64,000 nucleotides of DNA from an uncultured Bacteroides sp. GTDB taxonomy: Bacteria; Bacteroidota; Bacteroidia; Bacteroidales; Bacteroidaceae. The position numbers and the translations under genes were made by a program. How positions within the stretch are numbered: position 1 is the stretch's first letter; each line of letters opens with the position of its first letter. The stretch is taken from assembly GCF_963678845.2 (NCBI RefSeq), contig NZ_CAXXOR010000005.1, positions 251,567-315,566 of the forward strand. Direction: 5' to 3'. The notes beneath the pieces were generated by a model that saw only the letters and a list, made by a program, of their open reading frames with translations, was not told the origin of the DNA and did no database searches. Shown in pieces: positions 27,131-37,643 of this stretch.

Positions 27131-28804
27131 TTAATACTTAAAACTACTACCACCAAGGAACTCTCTTAAAAGAGAAGTAGGTGGAATCTCTTTATCCTGT
27201 ATAGGCACAAAATATTTTATGAACTTCAACAATCGATAAGCCTCTGCATATTCCGGACAATTTCGTGGAACACTTGTTAATATGGGCTCTACATAACGTC
27301 GCAACACAGCCAGTTCAAATAATAAAGCTGAATTAAACATTACATCAGCATTTTCCTGATAGGGGAAAATCCATTTATCTTCTCCGGCCCGCACACTTGA
27401 CCAGCGGGATATTGTTTCTCTGGCAGAATATCCCCGATAATTATTATCCCTGATAATGCGACGAAGCAAACGATTATCTGTGGTTGGTATCCAGTTATGA
27501 TCGTCCAAAGAAATGGTTGTCAATGCAGAAACATAGATTTTGAACTTTTTCTCGGGAGGAATCAGAGGCGTTAATTCAGGATTCAGTGCATGAATGCCCT
27601 CCAAAATAAGAATAGTGCTCCCATCAATCTTAAGCTTATTACCCCGGAATTCTTTTCTCCCCATAGCAAAATTAAAGGATGGGATTTCTACTTCTTCTCC
27701 TCTGAGCAAAGCCTGTAAATGAGCATTAAAAAGCTTCAGATCAAGAGCATAAAGAGACTCGTAATCATAATTTCCTTTTTCATCCAATGGCGTTTCTTCC
27801 CTGTCTACAAAATAATTATCCAGTGAAATGGAATAAGGCTTAAGGCCATTTGTCATTAGCTGAACTGAAAGGCGTTTACAAAATGTTGTTTTGCCTGAAG
27901 AAGAAGGACCCGAGATCAGCACTAGCCTAACCCGGCCACCGTTTTCTCCTCGTTCATAAATGGTATCGGCTATCCGAGCAATTTTTTTCTCTTGCAAAGC
28001 CTCGGCAACATTAATAATATCAGTAGCATTTCCTTCATTGCAAGCCACATTGAAATCGCCTACATTATTCATATCCATAATGTCGCTCCATCTCAGATAC
28101 TCTTTGAACACATCAAGCATCTTTTCTTGCTTCACCACTTCTTCCAGCACATTAGGATTCTCCTTACTAGGAATACGAAGGAGCAACCCGCCATAGTAAT
28201 TTACCACATCAAACAATTTGATATCGCCAGTACGAGGAAGCAAACTTCCATAATAATAATCAATATGATTTCCTAAAGTATAATAGTATGTGTATATTGA
28301 TCCAGAAGTCTCAAGTAACTTAACTTTATCCATCATATTATGCTCTGTAAACAACTTGACAGCTTCAGAGATGTGGCATTCAATCCTATGAAAAGAAATA
28401 TTTTCATTAATAATCTCCTGCATCCTTTTTTTGATTAACGCCACATCTTCTGATGTTACAGGACGTCCAATGAGAAGATTACAAAAATAACCTTTTGAAA
28501 CAGGATGTTCAAGGCGGATAGTTCCTTGAGGAAAGACTTCATCAACGGCCTTACACAAGACAAAGCACAATGAACGAACATAGGTTCGCATACCCGACAA
28601 ATCTCTTATATCCAGAAATTCAACATCTTTATTATTATAAACACGAAAGTTCAAACCTTCTGCCCTATTATTTACTTTGGCACTTACTACCGGATACGGA
28701 AAATCTAAATTAAATCCTTTAAAGATCTGAAAAAGCGAGATACCTATCGGAAAATCTTTGTAGGCACCATTATTCTGACAATATATTCGTACTGTTTCTA
28801 TCAT
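27131..28804 (-). CDS. Nucleoside (uridine) kinase-like protein with N-terminal ThrRS-like TGS/editing domains
   Basis: ISGPSSSGKTT P-loop, ISLDNYF, ILEGIHALN; N-terminus resembles the ThrRS N1/N2 region. Confidence 0.8.
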   Translation of the reverse strand: MIETVRIYCQNNGAYKDFPIGISLFQIFKGFNLDFPYPVVSAKVNNRAEGLNFRVYNNKDVEFLDIRDLSGMRTYVRSLCFVLCKAVDEVFPQGTIRLEHPVSKGYFCNLLIGRPVTSEDVALIKKRMQEIINENISFHRIECHISEAVKLFTEHNMMDKVKLLETSGSIYTYYYTLGNHIDYYYGSLLPRTGDIKLFDVVNYYGGLLLRIPSKENPNVLEEVVKQEKMLDVFKEYLRWSDIMDMNNVGDFNVACNEGNATDIINVAEALQEKKIARIADTIYERGENGGRVRLVLISGPSSSGKTTFCKRLSVQLMTNGLKPYSISLDNYFVDREETPLDEKGNYDYESLYALDLKLFNAHLQALLRGEEVEIPSFNFAMGRKEFRGNKLKIDGSTILILEGIHALNPELTPLIPPEKKFKIYVSALTTISLDDHNWIPTTDNRLLRRIIRDNNYRGYSARETISRWSSVRAGEDKWIFPYQENADVMFNSALLFELAVLRRYVEPILTSVPRNCPEYAEAYRLLKFIKYFVPIQDKEIPPTSLLREFLGGSSFKY

Positions 28805-28862
28805 ACTTTTGTTTTTAAATCAACTTGTAGTAAGGCTATTTTATGCAATACAACAAGATACT

Positions 28863-29024
28863 TTATTTTACAGGTTCAAAATCTTCTTTCCCTACACCAC
28901 AGTTAGGACAAGTCCAATTGTCCGGAAGATCTTCAAACGCAGTTCCTGGTTCTATTCCAGTATCGGGATCCCCCTTTTTCGGATCGTAAATATAATCACA
29001 AACAAGGCAAATGTACTTCTTCAT
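28863..29024 (-). CDS. Rubredoxin (53 aa; missing from ORF track)
   Basis: Manual translation [53 protein letters not shown] with two CxxC motifs. Confidence 0.96.
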   Translation of the reverse strand: MKKYICLVCDYIYDPKKGDPDTGIEPGTAFEDLPDNWTCPNCGVGKEDFEPVK

Positions 29025-29085
29025 AATTTTAATAATTTTACGTTTACGGTCAAAGATAAAAATAAAATAGAGAAAAAGCCTGAGA

Positions 29086-29799
29086 CTATACTTTTTCTTT
29101 TTCCGATAAAAGTTTCATAAGTTCTTCCATTCCTTCCGATGCCACCTTACGTATCACATGAATTTTATGACCATTGCTATTCACGTTTACCTCATTAGGA
29201 TCGATAAGATATACAGGAATACGGGAAGAGACATAATTAAGTAGTCCCGCAGCCGGATACACATTCATAGAGGTACCTATAATCAGAAAAATATCAGCCT
29301 GCTCAACATATTGGATTGCTTCTTCAATCTTAGGAACAGCTTCGCCAAACCAAACTATATAAGGACGATATTGCGAACCATCAGGAGCCAAATCTCCTAT
29401 CTTTATCTCGTACTCTTCCGGGGAAAGTTTCTTTATATATCTTGGGTCATTAGGAGCATACGAGGAACAAACTTTGGTTAATTCACCGTGAAGATGAATT
29501 ACTTTTGAACTTCCTGCCCGTTCGTGAAGATTATCAATATTTTGTGTAACAACAGTCACATTGAACTCTTTTTCTAGTTCTGCAATAAGCTCATGTCCTT
29601 TATTTGGCTCAACATCAAGCAATTGCCTGCGACGCTCATTATAAAAATTTATGACTAATCCGGGATTGGCAGCATATCCCTGAGGAGTTGCAACTTCTTC
29701 TACCGGGTATTTATCCCACAAACCACCAGCACCTCTAAATGTACTTACACCGCTTTCGGCACTCATGCCTGCACCAGACAAAACGACCATTTTTTTCAT
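29086..29799 (-). CDS. cobB: Sir2-family NAD-dependent protein deacylase
   Basis: [39 protein letters not shown]. Confidence 0.94.
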   Translation of the reverse strand: MKKMVVLSGAGMSAESGVSTFRGAGGLWDKYPVEEVATPQGYAANPGLVINFYNERRRQLLDVEPNKGHELIAELEKEFNVTVVTQNIDNLHERAGSSKVIHLHGELTKVCSSYAPNDPRYIKKLSPEEYEIKIGDLAPDGSQYRPYIVWFGEAVPKIEEAIQYVEQADIFLIIGTSMNVYPAAGLLNYVSSRIPVYLIDPNEVNVNSNGHKIHVIRKVASEGMEELMKLLSEKEKV

Positions 29800-29963
29800 A
29801 AAAGCTTCCTCCTATTTAAACGTTATTACAAAAATAAGAAAAAATAAGGCATAAAAGAAGATTCATTCAAATAAAACTCTTATTTTTGTGTGCTTTTTGT
29901 AAGCTACTGATTGTTAGTCTGCTTTAAAACAGAAAGCCATTTGATAACACTTATAATTTAAGA

Positions 29964-30548
29964 ATGGATAAATTTAGTTATGCTATCGGCTTAGGTATAG
30001 GCCAAAACCTTTTGAGCATGGGTGCTCAGAACATCAATATTGACGACTTCGCAAATGCAATCAAATCAGTTCTGAATGGAGAAGAACCAGAAATAAGCCA
30101 TACCGAATCACGAGAAATTGTGAACAAGTATTTTGCAGAACTTGAAGAGAAAATGAATTCAACTAATATAGAAAAAGGAGTAACATTCCTCGAAGAAAAC
30201 AAAAAGAAAGAAAATGTAATTACATTATCCAGTGGATTGCAATATGAAATTCTTTCTGTAGGAACAGGAAAACTTGCAAAAGCAACTGATCAGGTAAAAT
30301 GCCATTACGAAGGTACATTAATTGACGGTACCCTGTTTGATAGCTCTGTAAAAAGAGGTGAACCTGCAATCTTTGGTGTTAACCAGGTTATTCCAGGATG
30401 GGTTGAAGCACTTCAATTAATGCCTGAAGGTTCTAAATGGAGACTTTACATTCCTTCCGACTTAGCTTACGGAGCACGTGGTGCCGGAGAGATGATCCCT
30501 CCTCACAGCACATTAATCTTTGACGTAGAATTAATTCAAGTTTTATAA
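29964..30548 (+). CDS. FKBP-type peptidyl-prolyl isomerase (FklB-like)
   Basis: FKBP_N (SYAIGLGIG) plus HYEGTLIDGTLFDSS and VIPGW. Confidence 0.93.
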   Translation: MDKFSYAIGLGIGQNLLSMGAQNINIDDFANAIKSVLNGEEPEISHTESREIVNKYFAELEEKMNSTNIEKGVTFLEENKKKENVITLSSGLQYEILSVGTGKLAKATDQVKCHYEGTLIDGTLFDSSVKRGEPAIFGVNQVIPGWVEALQLMPEGSKWRLYIPSDLAYGARGAGEMIPPHSTLIFDVELIQVL

Positions 30549-30566
30549 TAAACATTTAAAAGTAAA

Positions 30567-31433
30567 ATGAAAAAAGTTAGTATTTTTATGGCTATTGCTG
30601 CAGCAGCAACTCTTGCTTCATGTACAGGAAAAAGCCCAAAAGCAAACCTTAAGACAGACATCGACTCATTATCTTATTCTATTGGTATGAGCCAGACTCA
30701 AGGTCTGAAAGATTATTTAGTGCAGAGAGTACAGATGGACACTACCTACATGGACGAGTTTATCAAAGGTTTAAACGAAGGTGCAAAGAAAACAAGCAAG
30801 AAAGAAGAAGCTTACTTTGCAGGTCTTCAGATCGGCCAACAGATCAAGAGCCAAATGATCAAGGGTGTTAACAAAGAATTGTTTGGTGCAGATTCAACTA
30901 AAACAATCAGTGTTGATAACTTCATGGCTGGTTTCATTGCTGGTACTTTGAACAAGGGTCAGAAGATGACAATGAAACAGGCACAAGAATATACTCAAAA
31001 GAACATGGAAGCTATCAAAGGCAAATCAATGGAAAAAGCTTACGGAGCAAACAAGAAAGCTGGAGAAACTTTCCTTGCAGCCAACAAGTCTAAAGCCGGA
31101 GTAGTTACTTTGCCAAGCGGACTTCAGTACAAAATTGTAAAAGCTGGAAATGGACCTCTTCCTTCTGATACTTCTAAAGTGAAAGTAAACTACAAAGGAA
31201 CTTTGATTGATGGTACAGAATTTGATAGCTCTTACACACGTAAAGAACCAGCTACATTTGTTGCTAACCAAGTAATCAAAGGATGGACAGAAGCATTGAA
31301 ATTAATGCCTGTTGGTTCTAAATGGACTATCTATGTTCCTCAGGAATTGGCTTACGGTTCAAGAGAAGCTGGTAAAATTAAACCTTTCTCTGCTTTAGTA
31401 TTCGAAGTTGAATTACTTGAGATCGTTAAGTAA
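30567..31433 (+). CDS. FKBP-type peptidyl-prolyl isomerase, lipoprotein
   Basis: LASC lipobox; YKGTLIDGTEFDSS and VIKGWTEAL. Confidence 0.93.
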   Translation: MKKVSIFMAIAAAATLASCTGKSPKANLKTDIDSLSYSIGMSQTQGLKDYLVQRVQMDTTYMDEFIKGLNEGAKKTSKKEEAYFAGLQIGQQIKSQMIKGVNKELFGADSTKTISVDNFMAGFIAGTLNKGQKMTMKQAQEYTQKNMEAIKGKSMEKAYGANKKAGETFLAANKSKAGVVTLPSGLQYKIVKAGNGPLPSDTSKVKVNYKGTLIDGTEFDSSYTRKEPATFVANQVIKGWTEALKLMPVGSKWTIYVPQELAYGSREAGKIKPFSALVFEVELLEIVK

Positions 31434-31452
31434 ATAACATAAGCAAAAAGTT

Positions 31453-31485
31453 AAAAGGGATGTTCTTACCGAACATCCCTTTTTC
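31453..31485 (+). terminator. Terminator after the FKBP pair
   Basis: aaaagggatgttc-ttacc-gaacatccctttt. Confidence 0.8.
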
Positions 31486-31616
31486 TATTATATATCTATA
31501 AAAATGAATAATTAGAAACTAAGAAATGATTTATTTTGGATAAATGATAGGTAAATTAAAATATTTCTCTATATTTGCTTACTTTTTGATAAAAACAAGA
31601 ACTTATAAACATTTAT

Positions 31617-32096
31617 ATGGAAAAGATAGACAATCTTGACAGACAGATTCTGGAGATAATCTCGCAGAATGCCCGTATCCCTTTTAAAGATGTTGCTGCA
31701 GAATGCGGTGTTTCTCGTGCAGCCATTCATCAACGTGTACAACGATTGATAGATCTGGGTGTAATTGTCGGCTCAGGATATCATGTTAATGCTAAAAGCT
31801 TAGGCTACAGGACTTGTACTTATGTAGGGATTAAGTTAGAAAAAGGTTCTATGTACAAGAATGTAGTAGCTCAATTAGAGAAAATACCGGAAGTTGTAGA
31901 ATGTCATTTCACCACAGGTCCTTACACAATGCTTACCAAAGTATATGCATGCGATAATGAGCACCTTATGGAACTCTTAAATTCAAAAATGCAGGAAATT
32001 CCAGGTGTTACTGCTACTGAAACTTTAATTTCTCTGGAGCAAAGCATTAAAAAGGAAATTCCAATCAGATTAGATAAGCACCTGGGTGATGATTGA
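31617..32096 (+). CDS. Lrp/AsnC-family transcriptional regulator
   Basis: LDRQILEII...ARIPFKDVAAECGVS HTH plus AsnC ligand domain. Confidence 0.93.
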   Translation: MEKIDNLDRQILEIISQNARIPFKDVAAECGVSRAAIHQRVQRLIDLGVIVGSGYHVNAKSLGYRTCTYVGIKLEKGSMYKNVVAQLEKIPEVVECHFTTGPYTMLTKVYACDNEHLMELLNSKMQEIPGVTATETLISLEQSIKKEIPIRLDKHLGDD

Positions 32097-32403
32097 TTTC
32101 TTAAATTGTTATCATCTTACAGGACTGGTTATCGGTATCTGTACCTTTCTCATAATAGGTATCTTTCATCCTATTGTGGTTAAAGCAGAATATTATTGGG
32201 GAACAAAATGCTGGTGGATATTCCTTGTATTAGGGATTGCAGGTGTTATAGCCTCATTCTCCACAGAAGACATTTTTATTTCTTCTTTATTAGGAGTATT
32301 TGCTTTCTCATCCTTTTGGACTATCAAAGAAGTTTTTGAGCAGGAAGAAAGGGTTAAGAAGGGATGGTTTCCGAAGAACCCCAAACGAACATATAAGTTT
32401 TAA
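32086..32403 (+). CDS. Small membrane protein (DUF4491-like)
   Basis: Three TM helices, FHPIVVKAEYYWG, C-terminal KGWFPKNPKR. Confidence 0.7.
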   Translation: MMIDFLNCYHLTGLVIGICTFLIIGIFHPIVVKAEYYWGTKCWWIFLVLGIAGVIASFSTEDIFISSLLGVFAFSSFWTIKEVFEQEERVKKGWFPKNPKRTYKF

Positions 32404-32436
32404 TAAGGGTGCCTTTACGGCATCCTTTCTTTTTTC

Positions 32437-33498
32437 TTAAATATATTCTGCACAAGTCTGTTCGCCATTTAATGCTCTTAAAGCGTTAAAAGCCAATGCT
32501 TCCATCTCATCCTCTCCAGGAAAGATGTTTATGGGCGCAAGAAAGCTTATATATTCATTTAGCTTATTCACGCAATAGTTACTGTAGGCAATTCCACCGG
32601 TCAGCACAATTGAATCGACCTTTCCATGTAAAGTAGCACACATGCCACCAATTTCTTTTGCAATATTATAAATCATAGCTTCAAGAATCAATTCAGCCTT
32701 TTTATCTCCTTCTTCAATTCTTTTGATCACAATCTGCACATCGGTTGTTCCCAGATAAGCTACTAATCCACCTTTTCCCCTGATCATTTTAATAATTTCA
32801 TCCTCGGTATACTTACCGCTAAAACAAAGTTCAACCAATTGTCTTGCCGGAAGGGTACCGGCACGCTCGGGAGAAAAAGATCCGCTGCCATCAAGCGCAT
32901 TATTTACATCTATAACCCTACCTAGTTTATGAGCAGCCACCGAAATTCCTCCTCCTAAATGAGCAACCACTAAATTCAGTTCTTCATATTTTTTATTAAC
33001 GCTTTTTGCATACTTACGGGCAATAGCTTTATGATTAAGCGCATGAAAAACAGACAAGCGAGGAATCAGAGGAGAACCGGATATTCTTGCCACATCTTCC
33101 AATTCATCTACCACAACAGGATCGGCAATATAAGCTTTACATCCTGGAATGAGTAAAGAGATATCCTGAGCAAGAAGTCCGCCAAGATTACAGGCATGTT
33201 GCATGAGGGCATTCCGAAGATCATTCTTCATCAGCTCATTCACTTCATACACTCCGCTGGAGATTGGTTTAAGCAATCCACCACGACCTACGATAGCTGC
33301 AAATCCGGCAAAGAGATTTTCTCTCTTAAGCTCATCAATAATCAGATCTCTCCGATAATCATACTGCGAAAGAATTGTAGGAAAAGAAGAAAGATCTTCA
33401 GGAGAGTGGCAGAATGTTTTCACGAACAAACGATTTTCATTCTCATACACGGCTATCTTTGTTGAAGTAGAGCCCGGATTTATAGCAAGGATTTTCAT
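32437..33498 (-). CDS. buk: Butyrate kinase
   Basis: ILAINPGSTSTKIA, GRGGLL, AHLGGGISV, PGEDEMEAL. Confidence 0.95.
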   Translation of the reverse strand: MKILAINPGSTSTKIAVYENENRLFVKTFCHSPEDLSSFPTILSQYDYRRDLIIDELKRENLFAGFAAIVGRGGLLKPISSGVYEVNELMKNDLRNALMQHACNLGGLLAQDISLLIPGCKAYIADPVVVDELEDVARISGSPLIPRLSVFHALNHKAIARKYAKSVNKKYEELNLVVAHLGGGISVAAHKLGRVIDVNNALDGSGSFSPERAGTLPARQLVELCFSGKYTEDEIIKMIRGKGGLVAYLGTTDVQIVIKRIEEGDKKAELILEAMIYNIAKEIGGMCATLHGKVDSIVLTGGIAYSNYCVNKLNEYISFLAPINIFPGEDEMEALAFNALRALNGEQTCAEYI

Positions 33499-34415
33499 AC
33501 ATCGTTATTGTTACAGGTTAAACATGCCATTGCAATACTGTAATATTTTGAAAGCCCGCAGTCACTTCTGGAAGGAAGTACAACAGGACAGACTGGTCCT
33601 TGCAGCAATCCGGCCATATTCGCTCTTGAAAAAAGAGAAACGCCTTTATAGAAAGCATTTGCCGACTCAATATTGGGAAATATCAACACGTCGGCCTGAC
33701 CGTTAATTGGAGAAACAATGCCTTTTATATCACCACTTGCCTGTTCGCAGGAAGTTCTTACATCAAGAGGGCCGTCAATAATTGCATTACCAAACTCTCC
33801 CGCATCAGCTAGTTCCACAATGTTCACATAATCAAGTGAGTGAGGAAATTTGGCACTCACCTTCTCGGTACAGTGAATCAAAGAGATTCTGGGTTGTTCA
33901 ATGCCAAAGCTGTGACATGTATCAATAGCATACCAGATCATTTCTATGCGTTGTTGCAGGGTGGGGCGGGGAATCACTGCTGCATCTGAGAAAAACAACA
34001 GCTTATCATACGTAGGAATCTGCATTACCGATAAATGAGTCAGCACTTTTCCAGGAGGCAACAGCCCTTTCTCCTTATCCAAAATTGCATGCAAAAGATT
34101 ATCTGTATTGATTATTCCTTTCATCAGAATATCAGCACCGCCTGCGCGTACAATCCGAACTGCTTCACGCGCTGCCTCATCAGAGTCTTCAATGTGAATA
34201 GTCTTCACGAATTCTGGATATTTCTTCAAAGTCTGGTATTTCTCAAGGATAGAAGAATCTCCAATCATAAGAAATTCTGCAATCCCTTCCTCTAATGCTC
34301 TTGCTATTGCATATTCTGTATTTGGATCATTAGCGCAAACCACGGCAATTCGCCTGCGCCTTTTCAACGTCATCAAGTGAGCAGTTAACTGATCAAAACT
34401 TTTTATTGGTTCCAT
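33495..34415 (-). CDS. ptb: Phosphate butyryltransferase / phosphate acyltransferase
   Basis: PTA/PTB fold (LMKG, FSDAAVIP, DGPLD, FPNIESAN, LPSRSD); 4-bp overlap with buk. Confidence 0.88.
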   Translation of the reverse strand: MEPIKSFDQLTAHLMTLKRRRRIAVVCANDPNTEYAIARALEEGIAEFLMIGDSSILEKYQTLKKYPEFVKTIHIEDSDEAAREAVRIVRAGGADILMKGIINTDNLLHAILDKEKGLLPPGKVLTHLSVMQIPTYDKLLFFSDAAVIPRPTLQQRIEMIWYAIDTCHSFGIEQPRISLIHCTEKVSAKFPHSLDYVNIVELADAGEFGNAIIDGPLDVRTSCEQASGDIKGIVSPINGQADVLIFPNIESANAFYKGVSLFSRANMAGLLQGPVCPVVLPSRSDCGLSKYYSIAMACLTCNNNDV

Positions 34416-34768
34416 ACTCTGTGATTTTTAGCAAATATGCAAAAAAAGAATGACTCAACCGCCTTAAAACCTGAGTAATTATCAAAAAGAAAGCAACAAT
34501 TAATCATTTAGCTAATTCAAAGCGTCTATACTATCAATTTAACGTATCTAGTAGGCTAATATCTTTCAAAAGTATACATTTTAAAAGAAGCCTAAACTTG
34601 TTTGAATTTAACTGTAGGTTATATTGAAGTAAGCTCTACGGCTATTTTAAATAAGCCCTACTTTAATTAATAAAACAATAAGGATTGACAACCTTAACCT
34701 TCACTGTTTATTGGCTTAGTATAACCTAAATTCAAATTTTAATGTAAATTTGCAAAAAAAGTAAATAT

Positions 34769-35677
34769 ATGAGAGAGTATCAGTTTCCTCCTTCTCTCCA
34801 GGTTGGAGATAAGGTAACAATAATATCCCCTGCTGGAAAAATCGATAAAGGTTTTCTGAAGGGAGCAAAAAAAGTACTGGAATCATGGGGATTAGAAGTT
34901 GCTATCTCAAAATATGCAGCCGGAGAATCAGGAAGGTTTTCGGGTTCTGTAAAGCAACGAGCTACTGATCTTCAGTTGGCAATGGACGATAAACAAACAA
35001 AGGTAATTCTTTGCAGTAGGGGCGGTTACGGAGCAATTCACCTCGTTGATCAGATCAATTTCGATAAGTTCAGAGAGAATCCTAAATGGCTATTGGGTTA
35101 CAGTGACGTAACCCTGCTTCACGAACTGTTCCAATACAATGGTTTCGCATCTATTCATTCTCTCATGGCAAGACATCTATCAGTTGAACCAAAAGATGAT
35201 CCATGTGCTTTAAAGCTCAGGAATATACTGTTCGGAGAGTTGCCTTCTTATCAGTCTACAAAACACAAGCTGAATATAAATGGAACAGCCAAAGGCATTC
35301 TTCGGGGCGGAAATCTTTCTGTGCTCAACGGATTAAGGGGAACGCCCTACGATTTTCCAGCAGAAGGAACCATCCTATTTATTGAAGACATAGGAGAACG
35401 CCCGTATCACATTGACAGGATGATGAATAATCTTAAACTGGGAGGAGTTCTGGAAAAAATTTCAGGATTAATAGTGGGTCAGTTTACCGAATACGAAGAA
35501 GATTTATCTATAGGCAAGGAGGTGTACGAAATGATTGCCGACATGGTGGAACCTTACGGCTATCCCGTTTGCTTTGATTTCCCTGTAGGTCATGTGGTCA
35601 ACAATGTTCCGCTGATTTGTGGCAGCGAAACAGAACTAACTGTAGATAATAAAGGTGTGAAATTAGTTTGCAAATAG
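34769..35677 (+). CDS. LD-carboxypeptidase (peptidase S66)
   Basis: RGGYG, LGYSDVT (catalytic Ser), GGNL, FIEDIGE, VGH. Confidence 0.92.
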   Translation: MREYQFPPSLQVGDKVTIISPAGKIDKGFLKGAKKVLESWGLEVAISKYAAGESGRFSGSVKQRATDLQLAMDDKQTKVILCSRGGYGAIHLVDQINFDKFRENPKWLLGYSDVTLLHELFQYNGFASIHSLMARHLSVEPKDDPCALKLRNILFGELPSYQSTKHKLNINGTAKGILRGGNLSVLNGLRGTPYDFPAEGTILFIEDIGERPYHIDRMMNNLKLGGVLEKISGLIVGQFTEYEEDLSIGKEVYEMIADMVEPYGYPVCFDFPVGHVVNNVPLICGSETELTVDNKGVKLVCK

Positions 35678-35776
35678 TTACTCATCCGTATAATTTTGTG
35701 AAATCTCAGTAGAAAAAGAAATTATCTCCAGAAAGATTTGTACTTTTGGTCCGAGAAAACAAAGTAACATTGAAGA

Positions 35777-36775
35777 ATGAAAAAGAATTATTTCATACTT
35801 GTTTCAGCTGCTATGCTGATTGCCTGTGCTTCATGCGGAATTAATAGTAATAAATCGGCCACTCAACAAACAGAAGAAACGGCGATTGTTAAGGCTCCCG
35901 ACTTTGACGCAGATAGTGCTTATGACTATGTAAAAGCACAAGTTGACTTTGGTCCACGCGTGCCCAATACCAAGCAGCACGTAGCCTGCGGAGAATATCT
36001 AGCTAGGAAGCTGGCTTCATTTGGTGCAAAGGTTACCGATCAATATGCAGATTTGATGGCTTATGACGGCACTATACTGAAAGCTCGCAACATAATAGGT
36101 TCTTTCAATCCTGAAACAAAGAAACGAGTGCTTCTATTTGCCCACTGGGATACACGTCCATGGGCAGATAATGATAAAGATGAATCAAAGCATCATACTC
36201 CGATTCTGGGAGCTAATGACGGCGCAAGTGGCGTTGGCGTATTACTCGAGATGGCACGTTTAATGGGGCAAAAGAATCCATCAATAGGTGTAGACATTAT
36301 CTTCTTTGATGCAGAAGATTACGGTACTCCTCAATTCTATAAAGGTAAGGATAAAGAAGATAGCTGGTGTTTAGGAACACAATACTGGGCCCATAATCCT
36401 CATGTGGAAGGGTATAATGCCCGCTTTGGCATTCTTTTTGATATGGTTGGAGGCAAAGGTGCAACCTTCTATCGTCAGCCAGCAGATGAATCTGCTAATT
36501 CTGTAGTAAAGAAGGTCTGGGATAAGGCCAACACATTGGGTTACGGCAGCTATTTTATCAATGAAGACGGAGGAGGCATAACAGACGATCATATATTTGT
36601 GAACCGTATTGCCAAAATACCAAGCATCGATATCATTCCTACCGACCGTAGCAGCGAACAAGGAGGCTTTGGCTACTTCTGGCACACAATGGACGATAAT
36701 ATGAATGTTATAGACAGATCAACGCTCAAAGCGGTAGGACAAACTGCTTTAGATGTGGTATATAATGAGAAATAA
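35777..36775 (+). CDS. M28-family lipoprotein, probable glutaminyl cyclase
   Basis: Lipobox; FAHWDTRP, GANDGASGV, FFDAED, DMVG, DDH, WHT. Confidence 0.8.
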   Translation: MKKNYFILVSAAMLIACASCGINSNKSATQQTEETAIVKAPDFDADSAYDYVKAQVDFGPRVPNTKQHVACGEYLARKLASFGAKVTDQYADLMAYDGTILKARNIIGSFNPETKKRVLLFAHWDTRPWADNDKDESKHHTPILGANDGASGVGVLLEMARLMGQKNPSIGVDIIFFDAEDYGTPQFYKGKDKEDSWCLGTQYWAHNPHVEGYNARFGILFDMVGGKGATFYRQPADESANSVVKKVWDKANTLGYGSYFINEDGGGITDDHIFVNRIAKIPSIDIIPTDRSSEQGGFGYFWHTMDDNMNVIDRSTLKAVGQTALDVVYNEK

Positions 36776-36795
36776 ATTAGGAAAGACTAACAGAT

Positions 36796-37221
36796 ATGAC
36801 AATAAATGAATTGCAAGAACAGGTAATCGAAGAATTCAGCGATTTCGATGACTGGATGGACAGGTATCAATTACTGATAGATTTAGGAAATGAACAGGAA
36901 CCTCTTGAAGAACAATATAAAACAGAGCAGAATCTTATTGAGGGTTGCCAAAGTAGGGTATGGCTCCAGGCCGATAAAATTGATGGAAAACTTGTATTCA
37001 GGGCAGAAAGCGATGCACTCATCGTTAAAGGAATCATTGCCCTGCTTATAAAAGTAGTGTCCGGACATACACCTGACGAGATTTTAGAAAACGAGCTTTA
37101 TTTTATAGATAAAATAGGATTGAAGGAACATCTTTCTCCTACAAGGAGTAACGGTTTGTTGTCAATGGTAAAACAAATGAGAATGTACGCACTGGCATTT
37201 AAAGCAAAAGGAGGAAATTAA
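36796..37221 (+). CDS. sufE: Fe-S cluster assembly protein SufE
   Basis: RYQLLIDLG, GCQSRVW, SDALIVKG, LSPTRSNGL. Confidence 0.93.
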   Translation: MTINELQEQVIEEFSDFDDWMDRYQLLIDLGNEQEPLEEQYKTEQNLIEGCQSRVWLQADKIDGKLVFRAESDALIVKGIIALLIKVVSGHTPDEILENELYFIDKIGLKEHLSPTRSNGLLSMVKQMRMYALAFKAKGGN

Positions 37222-37643
37222 AAATTCCTCCTTTGTTCTTTTATCAATATAATCAGGAATAAAAGAAACAGAAAACCTGTAGCAGCCACTACAATAAGCC
37301 CCCACTCAAAATTCCAGGTAAAGAAAGAAGCTCCAAAGAGTAATGTAGCAAGTACAAAAGAGATTACATCTCTCTTAACCCTACTTTTTTGCTTTAAGCG
37401 TTCATGAATTTTTTCCTCATCTATGAGCAAATCGCACCCTACAGAGCGAATAAGCATCCGCATAGTCTCTGGCGTAATTGCACTAGAGTCATATTCCACT
37501 TTCATCAACATATTTGAGTTATTTACAGTAACGCTTAAGACTCCTATCTGGGATCTGATAATGCGCTTAAGCCAATCGACTTTGTCTTTGTGCTTTATAT
37601 TTTCTATTAGAAATACACTTCTTGCTATTGCATCCATATTCAA
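37218..37643 (-). CDS. HMA-fold domain protein with two C-terminal TM helices
   Basis: GVLSVTVN...VEYD...I...IRSVG HMA-like pattern; no CxxC. Confidence 0.55.
   Translation of the reverse strand: MNMDAIARSVFLIENIKHKDKVDWLKRIIRSQIGVLSVTVNNSNMLMKVEYDSSAITPETMRMLIRSVGCDLLIDEEKIHERLKQKSRVKRDVISFVLATLLFGASFFTWNFEWGLIVVAATGFLFLLFLIILIKEQRRNF

Noticed and set aside
28809-29120. 103-aa plus-strand ORF
   Set aside because: Antisense shadow of rubredoxin and the cobB 3' end.
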